This document shows positions 1-9,060 of a stretch of 64,000 nt of DNA, one piece after another. The translations under genes were made by a program, and so were the position numbers. The number at the start of each line of letters is the position of its first letter. Position 1 is the stretch's first letter. The notes under the pieces are model-generated. The model was not told the DNA's origin. It saw nothing but the letters and a program-made list of their open reading frames with translations, and ran no database searches. This stretch comes from Candidatus Aenigmatarchaeota archaeon (lineage in GTDB: Archaea > Aenigmatarchaeota > Aenigmatarchaeia > CG10238-14 > SCSR01), in contig JAVZHQ010000001.1 in the NCBI GenBank assembly GCA_038998335.1, forward strand, positions 512,001-576,000, given 5' to 3'.

Positions 1-1
1 T

Positions 2-379
2 ATTCTCTCGAAGTTTGATCCAAGTGTTTCTTTTAAAGATTATTATCTCTATGTTCCTTTTAAAACAGAAAAGGGTTTACAAGTAGAGACTTTCATTATT
101 TCTTTTGACTGCACTGGATGGAAAACTATGTACTTACTTTTTGCCTTAGTCTTGGCAACTCCTTCTGAGCTGAAAAAAAAGTTCAAAGTTTTAGTTATTG
201 GTTCGCCTTTTCTTTTTTTCTTGAATTTCATAAGAATTCTCACCACTATTCTTTTTTGCATGAGCTTTGGCTTACAATACTTAGAAGTTATCCATAACTT
301 TCTCTGGAGAGAAGGTTTAATTTTAGTAGTAGCAGCTATATGGTATATATGGTTAAAAAAGGAAAATATAATTAGATAA
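2..379 (+). CDS. Archaeosortase/exosortase family membrane protease, 5' truncated by window edge
   Basis: Frame open from base 2 (ILSKFDP...IISFDCTGWKTMY...FLNFIRI...EVIHNFLW); Cys/Arg/His catalytic pattern and TM helices. Confidence 0.8.
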   Translation: MLSKFDPSVSFKDYYLYVPFKTEKGLQVETFIISFDCTGWKTMYLLFALVLATPSELKKKFKVLVIGSPFLFFLNFIRILTTILFCMSFGLQYLEVIHNFLWREGLILVVAAIWYIWLKKENIIR

Positions 380-381
380 AA

Positions 382-1308
382 ATGGATTTTGAAGACCAGC
401 CTGAATTCGCTACTCGGCCTGAAACTTTTGAAAAAGGCCAGGATATTGAAAGTAGAGTTCTGTTTCTTGAAAGAAGAGTAGAAAGAATTCTTGCAGAACT
501 AGAAAAAATAAGAGAAAAGCCTAACGTTGAACAAATAATAGTAGATTTTCTTGAAGACTTAGAAAAAATCAAAAAAGAATGGAAAAAGGAAGAGGAAAAA
601 ATAAATTACATAAAAAGTTTTATGGAAGAGTTTGATAGGAAAGTTGAAGAAATAAGAAAAATTGACATAAAAGGTTTTGAAGAAAAAGTTGAAATGCTAA
701 ACCAAGCTTTAAAAAGGTTGGAGGAGCAAAAAAAGATGGTAGAAGGAGTATACGATACCATTTTTTCAGCAACAAAACCCTTAAACGAAAGAATAGCTGT
801 AGTAGAAAATGAAATCAAAAATTTAGAAGCAAAATCAGTTGGACTAAAAGAATTTGACCCTTCTAAAATAAGTGAATTGGAAAATAGAGTTAGCTCTTTA
901 GAAGATGATTTAAGAAGGCTTGGTTCAACGATCTCAACTTTACCAAACCAAGGAACAAGAGAATTTGAAGAAAGGATGGAAAGTATTGAAAGAAAAATTT
1001 CTAGCTTAGAGTTAAGCTTAACAAGTTTTAAACCAGTTGAGGTTAAAGAAGGTGTTACAACAACAGATGAAATAGCAAAAAACTTTTTGACTTTAAACTC
1101 GAGAATCGATGAGCTAGAGAAAAAAATAAAACTGCTTGAAGAAAGTTTTGATAGAAGTATGGAAGAAATTAAATCTTCGGTTCAAAAAAGTAAAGAAGCA
1201 AAAAAAGCTGAACTTTCTTCTGTTATAGAAGATATAACAAAAAAGATCTCTTCGATAGAAGAAAGGTTAGAAGCTAAGAAAAAAGTCAGCCCAATAGTTA
1301 TAGAGTAA
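382..1308 (+). CDS. Long coiled-coil hypothetical protein
   Basis: 308 aa, E/K-rich heptads. Confidence 0.7.
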   Translation: MDFEDQPEFATRPETFEKGQDIESRVLFLERRVERILAELEKIREKPNVEQIIVDFLEDLEKIKKEWKKEEEKINYIKSFMEEFDRKVEEIRKIDIKGFEEKVEMLNQALKRLEEQKKMVEGVYDTIFSATKPLNERIAVVENEIKNLEAKSVGLKEFDPSKISELENRVSSLEDDLRRLGSTISTLPNQGTREFEERMESIERKISSLELSLTSFKPVEVKEGVTTTDEIAKNFLTLNSRIDELEKKIKLLEESFDRSMEEIKSSVQKSKEAKKAELSSVIEDITKKISSIEERLEAKKKVSPIVIE

Positions 1309-1330
1309 AGTTTAAAAGCTTCTTCTCCCA

Positions 1331-1356
1331 TAATTATTATAATAATTATAATTATT
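1331..1356. promoter_or_regulatory. AT-only overlapping palindromes in the promoter of the 1369 gene/topA operon
   Basis: taattattataataatta (1331-1348) and aataattataattatt (1341-1356), followed by SD-like aaggtg. Confidence 0.5.
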
Positions 1357-1368
1357 AAGGTGAAAAGG

Positions 1369-1672
1369 ATGGAGAAAAAATTTGAGAGCAACTGGGAAAA
1401 GTATGAAATATTCCCCCTAGGCGGATAAGCCTTCCGCAATCTGGGCAGTTTGTGTGGGAATAGTTAAAGATAACCTAGGAATAAGAAAGTTAAGGATAGC
1501 CAAAGGTAAGATTAAAGGAAAAGTTTTCAGAGATGAGAAAGGAAAAATCAACTTTGAGTTATCAGACGAGAAAAATCCCATAACTCAAGTTAACAGGCTA
1601 AACATTAAAAGTTATGAAGAATGGGAAAAAATTAAAAGCTTGGTTGACAAGTGGATAAAAAAGCTTAAGTGA
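1369..1672 (+). CDS. Hypothetical 96-aa protein interrupted by a putative 13-nt BHB/BHL intron (exons 1369-1426 and 1440-1672)
   Basis: SD plus ATG at 1369; in-frame TAA at 1426-28; removing 1427-1439 gives MEKKFESNWEKYEIFPLGGFWAVCVGIVKDNLGIRK...; stop overlaps topA start (GTGA). Confidence 0.75.
1427..1439 (+). other. Putative mRNA micro-intron aagccttccgcaa
   Basis: cctag/ctggg outer helix, gcgg/ccgc 4-bp central helix, 3-nt bulge aa|t. Confidence 0.7.
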
Positions 1673-3750
1673 AGTTCATGGGCTACACTTTAATAATCGC
1701 TGAAAAGCCAGACGCAGCAAGAAGAATAGCCGAAGCTTTAGCTGATAAAAAGCCAAAAGTCGTTAAGAAAAGAGAAGTAGAGTATTACGAATTTACAGTT
1801 AACGGAAAAAAGCATGTTTGCGTTCCTGCTGTTGGCCATCTATTTACTCTTTCTCCTTTGTCTAAAAGTAAAAAATGGAACTACCCAATTTTTTCTTATG
1901 AATGGACTCCAACTTATACAAAAAAAGGAACCGAGTGGACAAGGAAATACTTTGAGAATATTGTGGATTTAGCAAAAGGTGCTGACGAGTTTATAGATGC
2001 TGCAGATGTTGACACAGAAGGAGAAGTTTTGCTTTACAATATTTTAAGATTCATTTGTAAGGTTAAAGATGCTAAAAGAATACAATTCTCAACTTTAACA
2101 AAAGATGAACTTGTTGAGGCATACAGAAATATGTCAAACCATATTCTTTTTCCAATGCTTGAAAGCGGTTTAACAAGGCATGAGCTTGATTGGCTATGGG
2201 GAATTAACTTAACTCGAGCTCTAACTCTTGCTCTAAAAAATCATGGCGCTAAAGCTTTTGCTATTCTATCAGCAGGAAGAGTTCAAAGCCCAACTTTAAA
2301 CCTTCTTTTGGAAAGAGAAATTGAAATAAGAAATTTTAAACCAAAACCTTTCTGGCAGCTCGAGCTAAGAGCAAAAGTTGACAATCAAGAAATAGTTGCG
2401 ATGCATGAAAAGGATAAATTTTGGAAGAAAGAAGAAGTTGATAAAGTTTTGAATGACTGTAAAGGAAAGGATGCTTTGGTAAAGGATGTGAAAAAAAGAG
2501 AATATAAACAAAAACCTCCTTTTCCTTTTAATACTACTGATTTGCAAGCAGAAGCTTATGCTTGCTTTAAGTTCTCTCCCACTCAAACCCTACAAATTGC
2601 TGAATCACTTTACCAGCAAGGTTTTATTTCTTACCCAAGATCTTCAAGCCAAAAATTGCCTCCAGTAATAAATTATGAAAAAATTTTGAAAGCTTTAGCA
2701 AGTTTAAAACCTTATGAAAAGTTTGCTAAGGAATTACTAGAAAAAGAAAAACTCATTCCTAATGAAGGTCCAAAAGAAGATCCTGCACACCCAGCAATTT
2801 ATGCTACTCATGAAATTCCAGAATTAAGCAAGCTGACTCCTCAACAAAGGAAGCTTTATGATCTAATTGTGAGAAGGACCTTAGCAACTTTTGCCGAAGA
2901 AGCTTTAAGGGAAAGTATAAACGCAATTTTGGCAATAGATGATAATAAATTCATAGCTGTAGGGAAAAGAACAATAAAGCCTGGATGGACAGAAATCTAC
3001 TCTCCTTATTTGACTTTTGAAGAACAAATCCTTCCTGAGCTTAAGGTTGGACAAACCGTTAAAGTTATTAAAATCAACTTGCTTTCAAAACAAACTCAAC
3101 CCCCTCCAAGGTATACTCAAGGAAGTATAATAAAAGAACTTGAAAAAAGAAATCTCGGGACAAAAGCAACTAGGGCAGAAATTTTGCAAACACTTTATGA
3201 TAGAAAGTATATTTTTGGGAAGAGCATTCAAGTTACAAAGCTTGGGGAAGTTGTTGCTAAAACTTTGAAGGAGTTTGTTCCAAGTATAGTTAGCGAAGAA
3301 TTAACAAGACATTTTGAAGAAGAAATGGAACAGGTTTTTAATGGAAAGAAAAAAAGAGAAGAGGTTGTAGAGGAAGCAAAAGAAGTTTTAAGCAAGATTT
3401 TGGAAGAATTTAAGAGCAAGGAAGAAAGAATTGGAAAAAAATTGCTCGAAGGTTTAACTCTTTCCAGACAAGAAGAAAGAAGACTTGGTATATGCCCAAA
3501 TTGCAAAGGCGAGCTAAGAATACTTTTTTCAAGAGCTAGTGGTAAGCGTTTTGTTGGTTGTTCAAACTATCCAAAATGCAAAACAGGCTTTCCTTTGCCT
3601 TTGGTTGGACAAATAACTTCTTTGAACAAAAACTGCGAAGTTTGTGGTTTGCCTATGATTCAAGTTTGGAGGAAAGGTAAAAGACCTTTTAGAATGTGTA
3701 TTAATCCTAACTGCAAAACAAAAGAAAGTTGGAATAAAAATAAAAGCTAA
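1669..3750 (+). CDS. topA: DNA topoisomerase IA (archaeal TopA) with C-terminal Zn ribbons
   Basis: IAEKP TOPRIM, DxDxEG, SAGRVQSPTL, ISYPR active-site Tyr, C-terminal C4 ribbons. Confidence 0.97.
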   Translation: MKFMGYTLIIAEKPDAARRIAEALADKKPKVVKKREVEYYEFTVNGKKHVCVPAVGHLFTLSPLSKSKKWNYPIFSYEWTPTYTKKGTEWTRKYFENIVDLAKGADEFIDAADVDTEGEVLLYNILRFICKVKDAKRIQFSTLTKDELVEAYRNMSNHILFPMLESGLTRHELDWLWGINLTRALTLALKNHGAKAFAILSAGRVQSPTLNLLLEREIEIRNFKPKPFWQLELRAKVDNQEIVAMHEKDKFWKKEEVDKVLNDCKGKDALVKDVKKREYKQKPPFPFNTTDLQAEAYACFKFSPTQTLQIAESLYQQGFISYPRSSSQKLPPVINYEKILKALASLKPYEKFAKELLEKEKLIPNEGPKEDPAHPAIYATHEIPELSKLTPQQRKLYDLIVRRTLATFAEEALRESINAILAIDDNKFIAVGKRTIKPGWTEIYSPYLTFEEQILPELKVGQTVKVIKINLLSKQTQPPPRYTQGSIIKELEKRNLGTKATRAEILQTLYDRKYIFGKSIQVTKLGEVVAKTLKEFVPSIVSEELTRHFEEEMEQVFNGKKKREEVVEEAKEVLSKILEEFKSKEERIGKKLLEGLTLSRQEERRLGICPNCKGELRILFSRASGKRFVGCSNYPKCKTGFPLPLVGQITSLNKNCEVCGLPMIQVWRKGKRPFRMCINPNCKTKESWNKNKS

Positions 3751-4280
3751 GGCTCAATCATTTCTCTCCTTCTCAAATCGTAAAGCATTCCTTGAAGAAT
3801 TCTATCAATATCCTCCGAAGAAAGTTTCACCGTTAGTTTTCGCTTAACTAATTTTCCAACTTTTTGTTTTGTTTTGTAAATTCCGTTGTATCCTCTATAA
3901 CCTCTGTGAGTTACTGGCACCATTCTTTTGACCAAGCTTTTAATTTCTTTTGCTGGACTTTTAAAAGAAAGAGCTGCTTTCATCACATAAAAAGCGATTT
4001 GGTTGCAAACATAAACTTTTTCCGGTTTATAATCGTGACTTTTGTTAAGAATTAATTCAAGGGTTTCTTTTCCGAGCAAACTCCAATAACCATTTCCATT
4101 CTTACATTTATTGTTTCCGTTAGGCTGATAATAAGCTATTCCTCGCCAGTCAAGCAGTTCAACATTATCAGTTTTTATTCCAACTCCAGCCCCTATAAGA
4201 TTAATTTTTCTTTTATGCTTGTCTGGTAAATTTAAAGTTTTAACGCTTTCGTCAACGTAAAGGTTTCCGTCCCAACTCAT
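3747..4280 (-). CDS. Hypothetical protein
   Basis: 177-aa ORF, no recognised motif. Confidence 0.55.
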   Translation of the reverse strand: MSWDGNLYVDESVKTLNLPDKHKRKINLIGAGVGIKTDNVELLDWRGIAYYQPNGNNKCKNGNGYWSLLGKETLELILNKSHDYKPEKVYVCNQIAFYVMKAALSFKSPAKEIKSLVKRMVPVTHRGYRGYNGIYKTKQKVGKLVKRKLTVKLSSEDIDRILQGMLYDLRRREMIEP

Positions 4281-4391
4281 CCAGATTAAAATTGAGAAAA
4301 ATAATTAAAATCAAATTTTGTGAAAGAAAAAATATTTTTAAAAACAAAAAAATTTATTTTTTTCTCGACAAAAAATTAAATGTATCGACTT

Positions 4392-4961
4392 CTATAGCTT
4401 AATTTCAACGTCTTTCTTTTCCTCTTCCGTAGCTTTAAACAACTCTACAGGCTTAAACTTGAAAATCTCTGCAACAAATCTATCAGGAATTGATTGTATT
4501 TTTATATTGTAAGTGTTTACGCATTCGTTATAAAACTCTCTTCTGTCTGCAAGCTCATTTTCCAAACCAGAAATTCTTGCTTGCAACTGCAAGAAGTTTT
4601 CGTTGGCCCTTAGCTTTGGATAGTTTTCCACTACTGCAAACAAAGTTTTTAAAACACTTGAGATTTTATTAGAAATTTTAATTCTTTCTCCTTTGGTAGA
4701 AGCTTCTGCCCATTTAGACCTTAATCTTGTAATCTCTTCCAAAACACCCTTCTCATGCTTCATATAACCTTTACACACTTCTACAAGTTTTGGTAGTTCG
4801 TCATGCCTTTGCTTGAGCACAACTTCAACGTTAGCCCAAGCCTTGTCTATGTTCCTTCTCAACCTTATCAAATTATTGAAAACAACGATAACATAGCCTA
4901 TAATTGCTATTAAAACCAAAGCTATTATTACCCCAAGAATAATTTCAATTCCCAATATCAT
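4392..4961 (-). CDS. lemA: LemA family protein
   Basis: N-terminal TM, AWANVEVVLKQRHD, ENYPKLRANENFLQLQ, RREFYN. Confidence 0.95.
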   Translation of the reverse strand: MILGIEIILGVIIALVLIAIIGYVIVVFNNLIRLRRNIDKAWANVEVVLKQRHDELPKLVEVCKGYMKHEKGVLEEITRLRSKWAEASTKGERIKISNKISSVLKTLFAVVENYPKLRANENFLQLQARISGLENELADRREFYNECVNTYNIKIQSIPDRFVAEIFKFKPVELFKATEEEKKDVEIKL

Positions 4962-4980
4962 TTTTGAGCCCTATTTAAAA

Positions 4981-5742
4981 TTATAATAGCCTGAAGTATA
5001 ATAAAATAACTACTACACCAATAACTATTATTATTGCTCCCAAAACAATTTCCAACAAAGACCTTTTTTTAAGTCTACTCAAAATTTCCTTTTCACTTCT
5101 GTTAGAAATGTAATAAATTTCACCACCTTTTTGTATCATTATATCTTCTACGCCACGAAGGGCCCATCCCTCTTTAACAAAAGGGTTGTCACCTGCATAA
5201 CCCATTATAAAGAGTTTGTCCTTAGGAGCTATATGATATTCGTAAAACTTCATGGTTTTACTGTTGCCAAAATTGTCTTGAAAACTTATATTATTGTTTA
5301 AGAGATAGGCTTTTACTGGCTCAGGAGGTTCTTTATCTCCTCCAGACTTAAACTCAAAATTTGCTGGCAAATCTACTTCAGCACCCCTTGGGTCAACTAG
5401 TACTAAATCTGTTTCGTCTCTAAGGTAAAAATAATCTCTTTTTTCTTCCTCCTTAACAGTTATCCAAATTCTCTGGCCTCTTCTTCCTCTCTTTTCTTCC
5501 TGAACCACGCACTTATAATAAACGCAATCCTCATTCGTGAAAGGAGCCTTAAAAATTCTACCTTCGGCAGGAATTACTTCGCCACGTATTTCAACAAGGC
5601 CAATAGGCAGTGAACGAATCTTAGAAGTTGGTGTACCTTCTATTATCTTTTTCTTCTTGAAAACCTTGAAGCCATGGATAAAAAAAATTAGTCCGCTAGC
5701 AATCCAAACTATGCACCAAAGAGTGAGTAAAAAAAGCGACAT
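4981..5742 (-). CDS. GIDE-domain (MULAN-like) membrane protein, LemA partner
   Basis: TPTSKIRS...GLVEIRG, APFT..CVYY, FYLRDETD.VLVDP; two terminal TMs. Confidence 0.8.
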   Translation of the reverse strand: MSLFLLTLWCIVWIASGLIFFIHGFKVFKKKKIIEGTPTSKIRSLPIGLVEIRGEVIPAEGRIFKAPFTNEDCVYYKCVVQEEKRGRRGQRIWITVKEEEKRDYFYLRDETDLVLVDPRGAEVDLPANFEFKSGGDKEPPEPVKAYLLNNNISFQDNFGNSKTMKFYEYHIAPKDKLFIMGYAGDNPFVKEGWALRGVEDIMIQKGGEIYYISNRSEKEILSRLKKRSLLEIVLGAIIIVIGVVVILLYFRLL

Positions 5743-5798
5743 ATAATAAAATAAAGTTTTTACGCTAATAATTTAAATTGCTTCAAAAATTGCAAGAA

Positions 5799-7616
5799 TT
5801 ATTTCTTCTTTTCTAGCTTTATCGTTAAAAATACCAATATTATAACCAGAAAAATCAAGAAAATTAAAAAGGCAGTTATTGGATTGAAAAATAGAGCTAC
5901 TAACATACCAGTTATCCCTAAAGGCACTTCTTCTGGCTTAACTTCTTCCTCGCATTCTTCAATTTCTATAGGTTTATTAAGAGTCGTGTTACAGTTGTTC
6001 AAGTCAAAACAAAATCTTGTTCTTGTTTTGTTTGTACATTCGCTCCAATCTGTACAGAACCAACTCTCTTCACAAATTACAGGCTTGAAATAAACGCAAG
6101 ACTGAACTTCTTTTGGTTTCGTTTCATTTTTCCCGCAATTGTTTTTATCGTAGCAAACTCTTGTTTGAATTCCTTTTTCATTACAAGCGCTCCACTCAGA
6201 GCAAATCCATTCAGGAACACAAACCTCAATATAATATACAGGAGCTTCAGGTTTTTTTGCTAAAGGTTTTGGTTCGGTAGTCACATTTATTACCGAAGAG
6301 TTTGCTGAATTTCCTGAAGTATCAAAAACAGAAACAAAGTAATGGTAAGTTTTGCTGTATTGCAAGCCAGAATCTACAAAGCTTGTTTGGTTTGAGCTCA
6401 AATTTCCTGAAATATCTTGGAAAACAGAATCCTCTGCTCTAAAAACTATGTAATGGCTTATAGCTACGTTATCGCTAGCGTTTATCCAAGTTAATGTTAT
6501 GGAATTGCCTGAGACCGAGCTATATAATATAGGTGGAATTGGTGCTTCTGTATCTTTTGGTCCATTCAAAGGATCGCACTCGTTATTCCCTTGCATTAAA
6601 GTTTTGTTTAGAGTACAGCCTTGCTCTGAGCAATCCTTTTCACCCCAATAACAATAGCCTTCATGAATCGTGCCTGGCTCAGGGCAAAATTCTTTTTCTG
6701 AATAATTGCAAGTGCAAGAATTTAAATCACATTCATCCTTAAAGTAGCAGTAGTCTCCTTCTATTCTTGCTTCGCACTTATTTTCTTCGTCACATTCTGC
6801 GTCGCAAACTCCTTTAACGCAGTAACTAACAGGCAAAACTAAGCAGTCTGGAGTGCAATTAGTGCAAGTATGGTTTTCTTGACAAGAATTCTCGCAAGAG
6901 TTTTCTGTCGTTATATTATCTAAAATTTTGTTCGAGTTAAAATCTACAAGCTTCCTTCCTTCACAATAGTCAAAGTAAGTTTGCGAGCAATAGTTTGGTT
7001 TGCAATCCTCATCGCTTTTACACTCATAATAAGCACAAAGAACCTCAAGGTAAGGGTCCCAGTTATGGCAGGAAGTATCTTTGCTGTAAAAGTATTGCAC
7101 AGCACTTTTTCCTGTCTCGTTTAAAAATTTTAAAGAAATGCTTAAGATTTTGCTTCCTTCGAAAGCCTCGCTAGCTGCTTTTGTAACGTTAAAGCTTTTG
7201 TAGCCGGTCGAGCTTATGTTTAAAGAATCTAAAAATTCAAAGTCTGTTGGAGCATTATTCCAGTTTATTCCTGACTCATTCCATTGTTGGTTAGAATCTT
7301 TATAGAATTCTGAAGTTTTGTAAGCTCCTACGTACTCTTTTGAAGCTGAAGTGCTGTAAATTTTAAGAGTTGCTTGCTGAATAGCATCGCAAGTTAAAGA
7401 GCTTAGGTTGAATTTTAAGTAAGACCTTTTTGTACCAGACTCTCTTCCTACTATTAGAGAAGTTGAATTTCCGTAATTTTTGCTTGGATTATAAGCGTCA
7501 ACGTAAGAATCATCGCTAGGATAAATTTTTATTAAATTATCGCCATTGGCAAAAACTAAAGTTATTGAAACAAACAACAAAATTCCTAAAAGTATTGCCA
7601 AAAGCCTTGCTTTCAT
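5799..7616 (-). CDS. Surface protein: DNRLRE/CBM96-like domain, Cys-rich region, FN3, WxCxxWxxC repeats, C-terminal TM
   Basis: Signal peptide, DSYVD..NPSKNYG, RSYLKFNL, WNESGINWNNAP, C-terminal ITG motif plus TM plus KKK. Confidence 0.85.
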   Translation of the reverse strand: MKARLLAILLGILLFVSITLVFANGDNLIKIYPSDDSYVDAYNPSKNYGNSTSLIVGRESGTKRSYLKFNLSSLTCDAIQQATLKIYSTSASKEYVGAYKTSEFYKDSNQQWNESGINWNNAPTDFEFLDSLNISSTGYKSFNVTKAASEAFEGSKILSISLKFLNETGKSAVQYFYSKDTSCHNWDPYLEVLCAYYECKSDEDCKPNYCSQTYFDYCEGRKLVDFNSNKILDNITTENSCENSCQENHTCTNCTPDCLVLPVSYCVKGVCDAECDEENKCEARIEGDYCYFKDECDLNSCTCNYSEKEFCPEPGTIHEGYCYWGEKDCSEQGCTLNKTLMQGNNECDPLNGPKDTEAPIPPILYSSVSGNSITLTWINASDNVAISHYIVFRAEDSVFQDISGNLSSNQTSFVDSGLQYSKTYHYFVSVFDTSGNSANSSVINVTTEPKPLAKKPEAPVYYIEVCVPEWICSEWSACNEKGIQTRVCYDKNNCGKNETKPKEVQSCVYFKPVICEESWFCTDWSECTNKTRTRFCFDLNNCNTTLNKPIEIEECEEEVKPEEVPLGITGMLVALFFNPITAFLIFLIFLVIILVFLTIKLEKKK

Positions 7617-7690
7617 TTTTATCGTTAAATAAATAAACAGTTAAAGATTTAAGCTCATCGTTAAGTAGTAAAAAAGCGAAAAAATAATTT

Positions 7691-8329
7691 ATGAGAAAAA
7701 TCGAATTAGCAGCTTTAATCATAGTAATTTTCTCTTTTTTTCTAGCTTTTTACCTTTACCCTCAAATGCCAGAAACCATGGCTTTTCATTGGAATATAGA
7801 AGGAAAAGTAGATAGCTATGCTTCAAAATCTCTTGCTCTATTTTTAATGCCAGCTATAAGCTTTTTACTCTTCTTGCTTTTCTTGGCAATTCCAAGAATT
7901 GATCCTTTGAAGAAAAACATCGAAAAGTTTAGGAATTATTTTGATAGTTTTTTCATTTTGATTCTTTTGTTTTTGCTTTATCTTTACTCTTTAACAATTC
8001 TTTGGAACCTTGGTTTCACTTTTAACATGATTAAAAATTTAGTTCCCGCCTTTTCTGTTCTCTTCTTCTACACAGGAGTTTTGGTCGAAAACGCAAAAAG
8101 GAACTGGTTTGTTGGAATAAGAACACCTTGGACTTTAAGCAGTGAAAAAGTTTGGAACAAAACTCACAAGTTTGGTGGAAAGCTAATTAAAATCGTAGCC
8201 TTTATTTCTTTGCTTGGCTTCTTTTTTGAAAACCTTGCTTTTTACTTCTTGATTTTACCCATCCTTTTTGCTTGCTTTTACTCTGTAGTTTACTCTTACT
8301 TTGAATTCAAGAAAATCGAAAAAAGATGA
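7691..8329 (+). CDS. SdpI/DUF1648 family membrane protein
   Basis: HWNIEGKVD, RNWFVGIRTPWTLSSEKVWNKTH. Confidence 0.92.
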   Translation: MRKIELAALIIVIFSFFLAFYLYPQMPETMAFHWNIEGKVDSYASKSLALFLMPAISFLLFLLFLAIPRIDPLKKNIEKFRNYFDSFFILILLFLLYLYSLTILWNLGFTFNMIKNLVPAFSVLFFYTGVLVENAKRNWFVGIRTPWTLSSEKVWNKTHKFGGKLIKIVAFISLLGFFFENLAFYFLILPILFACFYSVVYSYFEFKKIEKR

Positions 8330-8330
8330 G

Positions 8331-9056
8331 TTATTTTTTTCTTCTTGAAATGAACAAGGTTAAAACTAGGATTATAACTGCGATTAATCCTAGGATAAAG
8401 CTTAAGGCATAAACTGGGTTTGAAAGTAAGGCAAAAAAGCCTGTTATTGAGGAAGTTGGTGCTTGTGTTATTGCTTCTTCTTTTTCTTCTCCTATCTCTT
8501 CTATCGGAGGTAATGTTTCACCTTCGCTTTCAGGAATTTGAGGCTGCTCAGGAACCTCTTCTTCACTTGGTTGAGTTTGGCTTTCTTGGGTGCTAGAAGT
8601 TGAATAGCCTCCAGAACTACCACCAGAACCTCCACCGCTTTGAGGAGGAGATGATGGAGCTAGGCCTACAATCACAGACTCGATTATTCCTTCTCCTTCA
8701 TGAGGCTTGTCTTTTACATTATCAACTGCTGTCACTTTGTACCAATACTTTCCTTCAGGCAAAGAAGAAAAGTCGTCAAAGCTTGTTGAATTAGTTATTC
8801 CTATCAAAACAAAATTTGTGCCATCATCACTTCTATAAATTTTATAATAGGCTACGGCAGAAGTGTTGCATGGCCCATCAGTAGCAGGATCCCAAACTAG
8901 AGTTATATTCCCATCAGAATCATAAGGACTATCGTAAATTTTCAAGTTTTTTGGTGCTGAGGGCGGAGTTCTATCTATACAAAAAGCATAAGCGTTACTA
9001 CAAAAAAGAAAGAGAGAAATCACAGTTAAAAATAAAAGTTTTTTGTTGTTTGTAAT
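8331..9056 (-). CDS. FN3-domain surface protein with Ser/Gly linker and C-terminal TM; probable ATT start
   Basis: TPPSAPKNL, YKIYRS, YWYKVTAVD; SD gaggtga just before in-frame ATT at 9056 (ORF track starts at GTG 9023). Confidence 0.8.
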   Translation of the reverse strand: MTNNKKLLFLTVISLFLFCSNAYAFCIDRTPPSAPKNLKIYDSPYDSDGNITLVWDPATDGPCNTSAVAYYKIYRSDDGTNFVLIGITNSTSFDDFSSLPEGKYWYKVTAVDNVKDKPHEGEGIIESVIVGLAPSSPPQSGGGSGGSSGGYSTSSTQESQTQPSEEEVPEQPQIPESEGETLPPIEEIGEEKEEAITQAPTSSITGFFALLSNPVYALSFILGLIAVIILVLTLFISRRKK

Positions 9057-9060
9057 AGAA

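Noticed and set aside
1416-1445. Hairpin as a SECIS, readthrough or frameshift signal
   Set aside because: The stop is TAA, readthrough hits another stop within 13 codons, and bulge-helix geometry predicts the exact frame correction; a simple indel is disfavoured but not excluded
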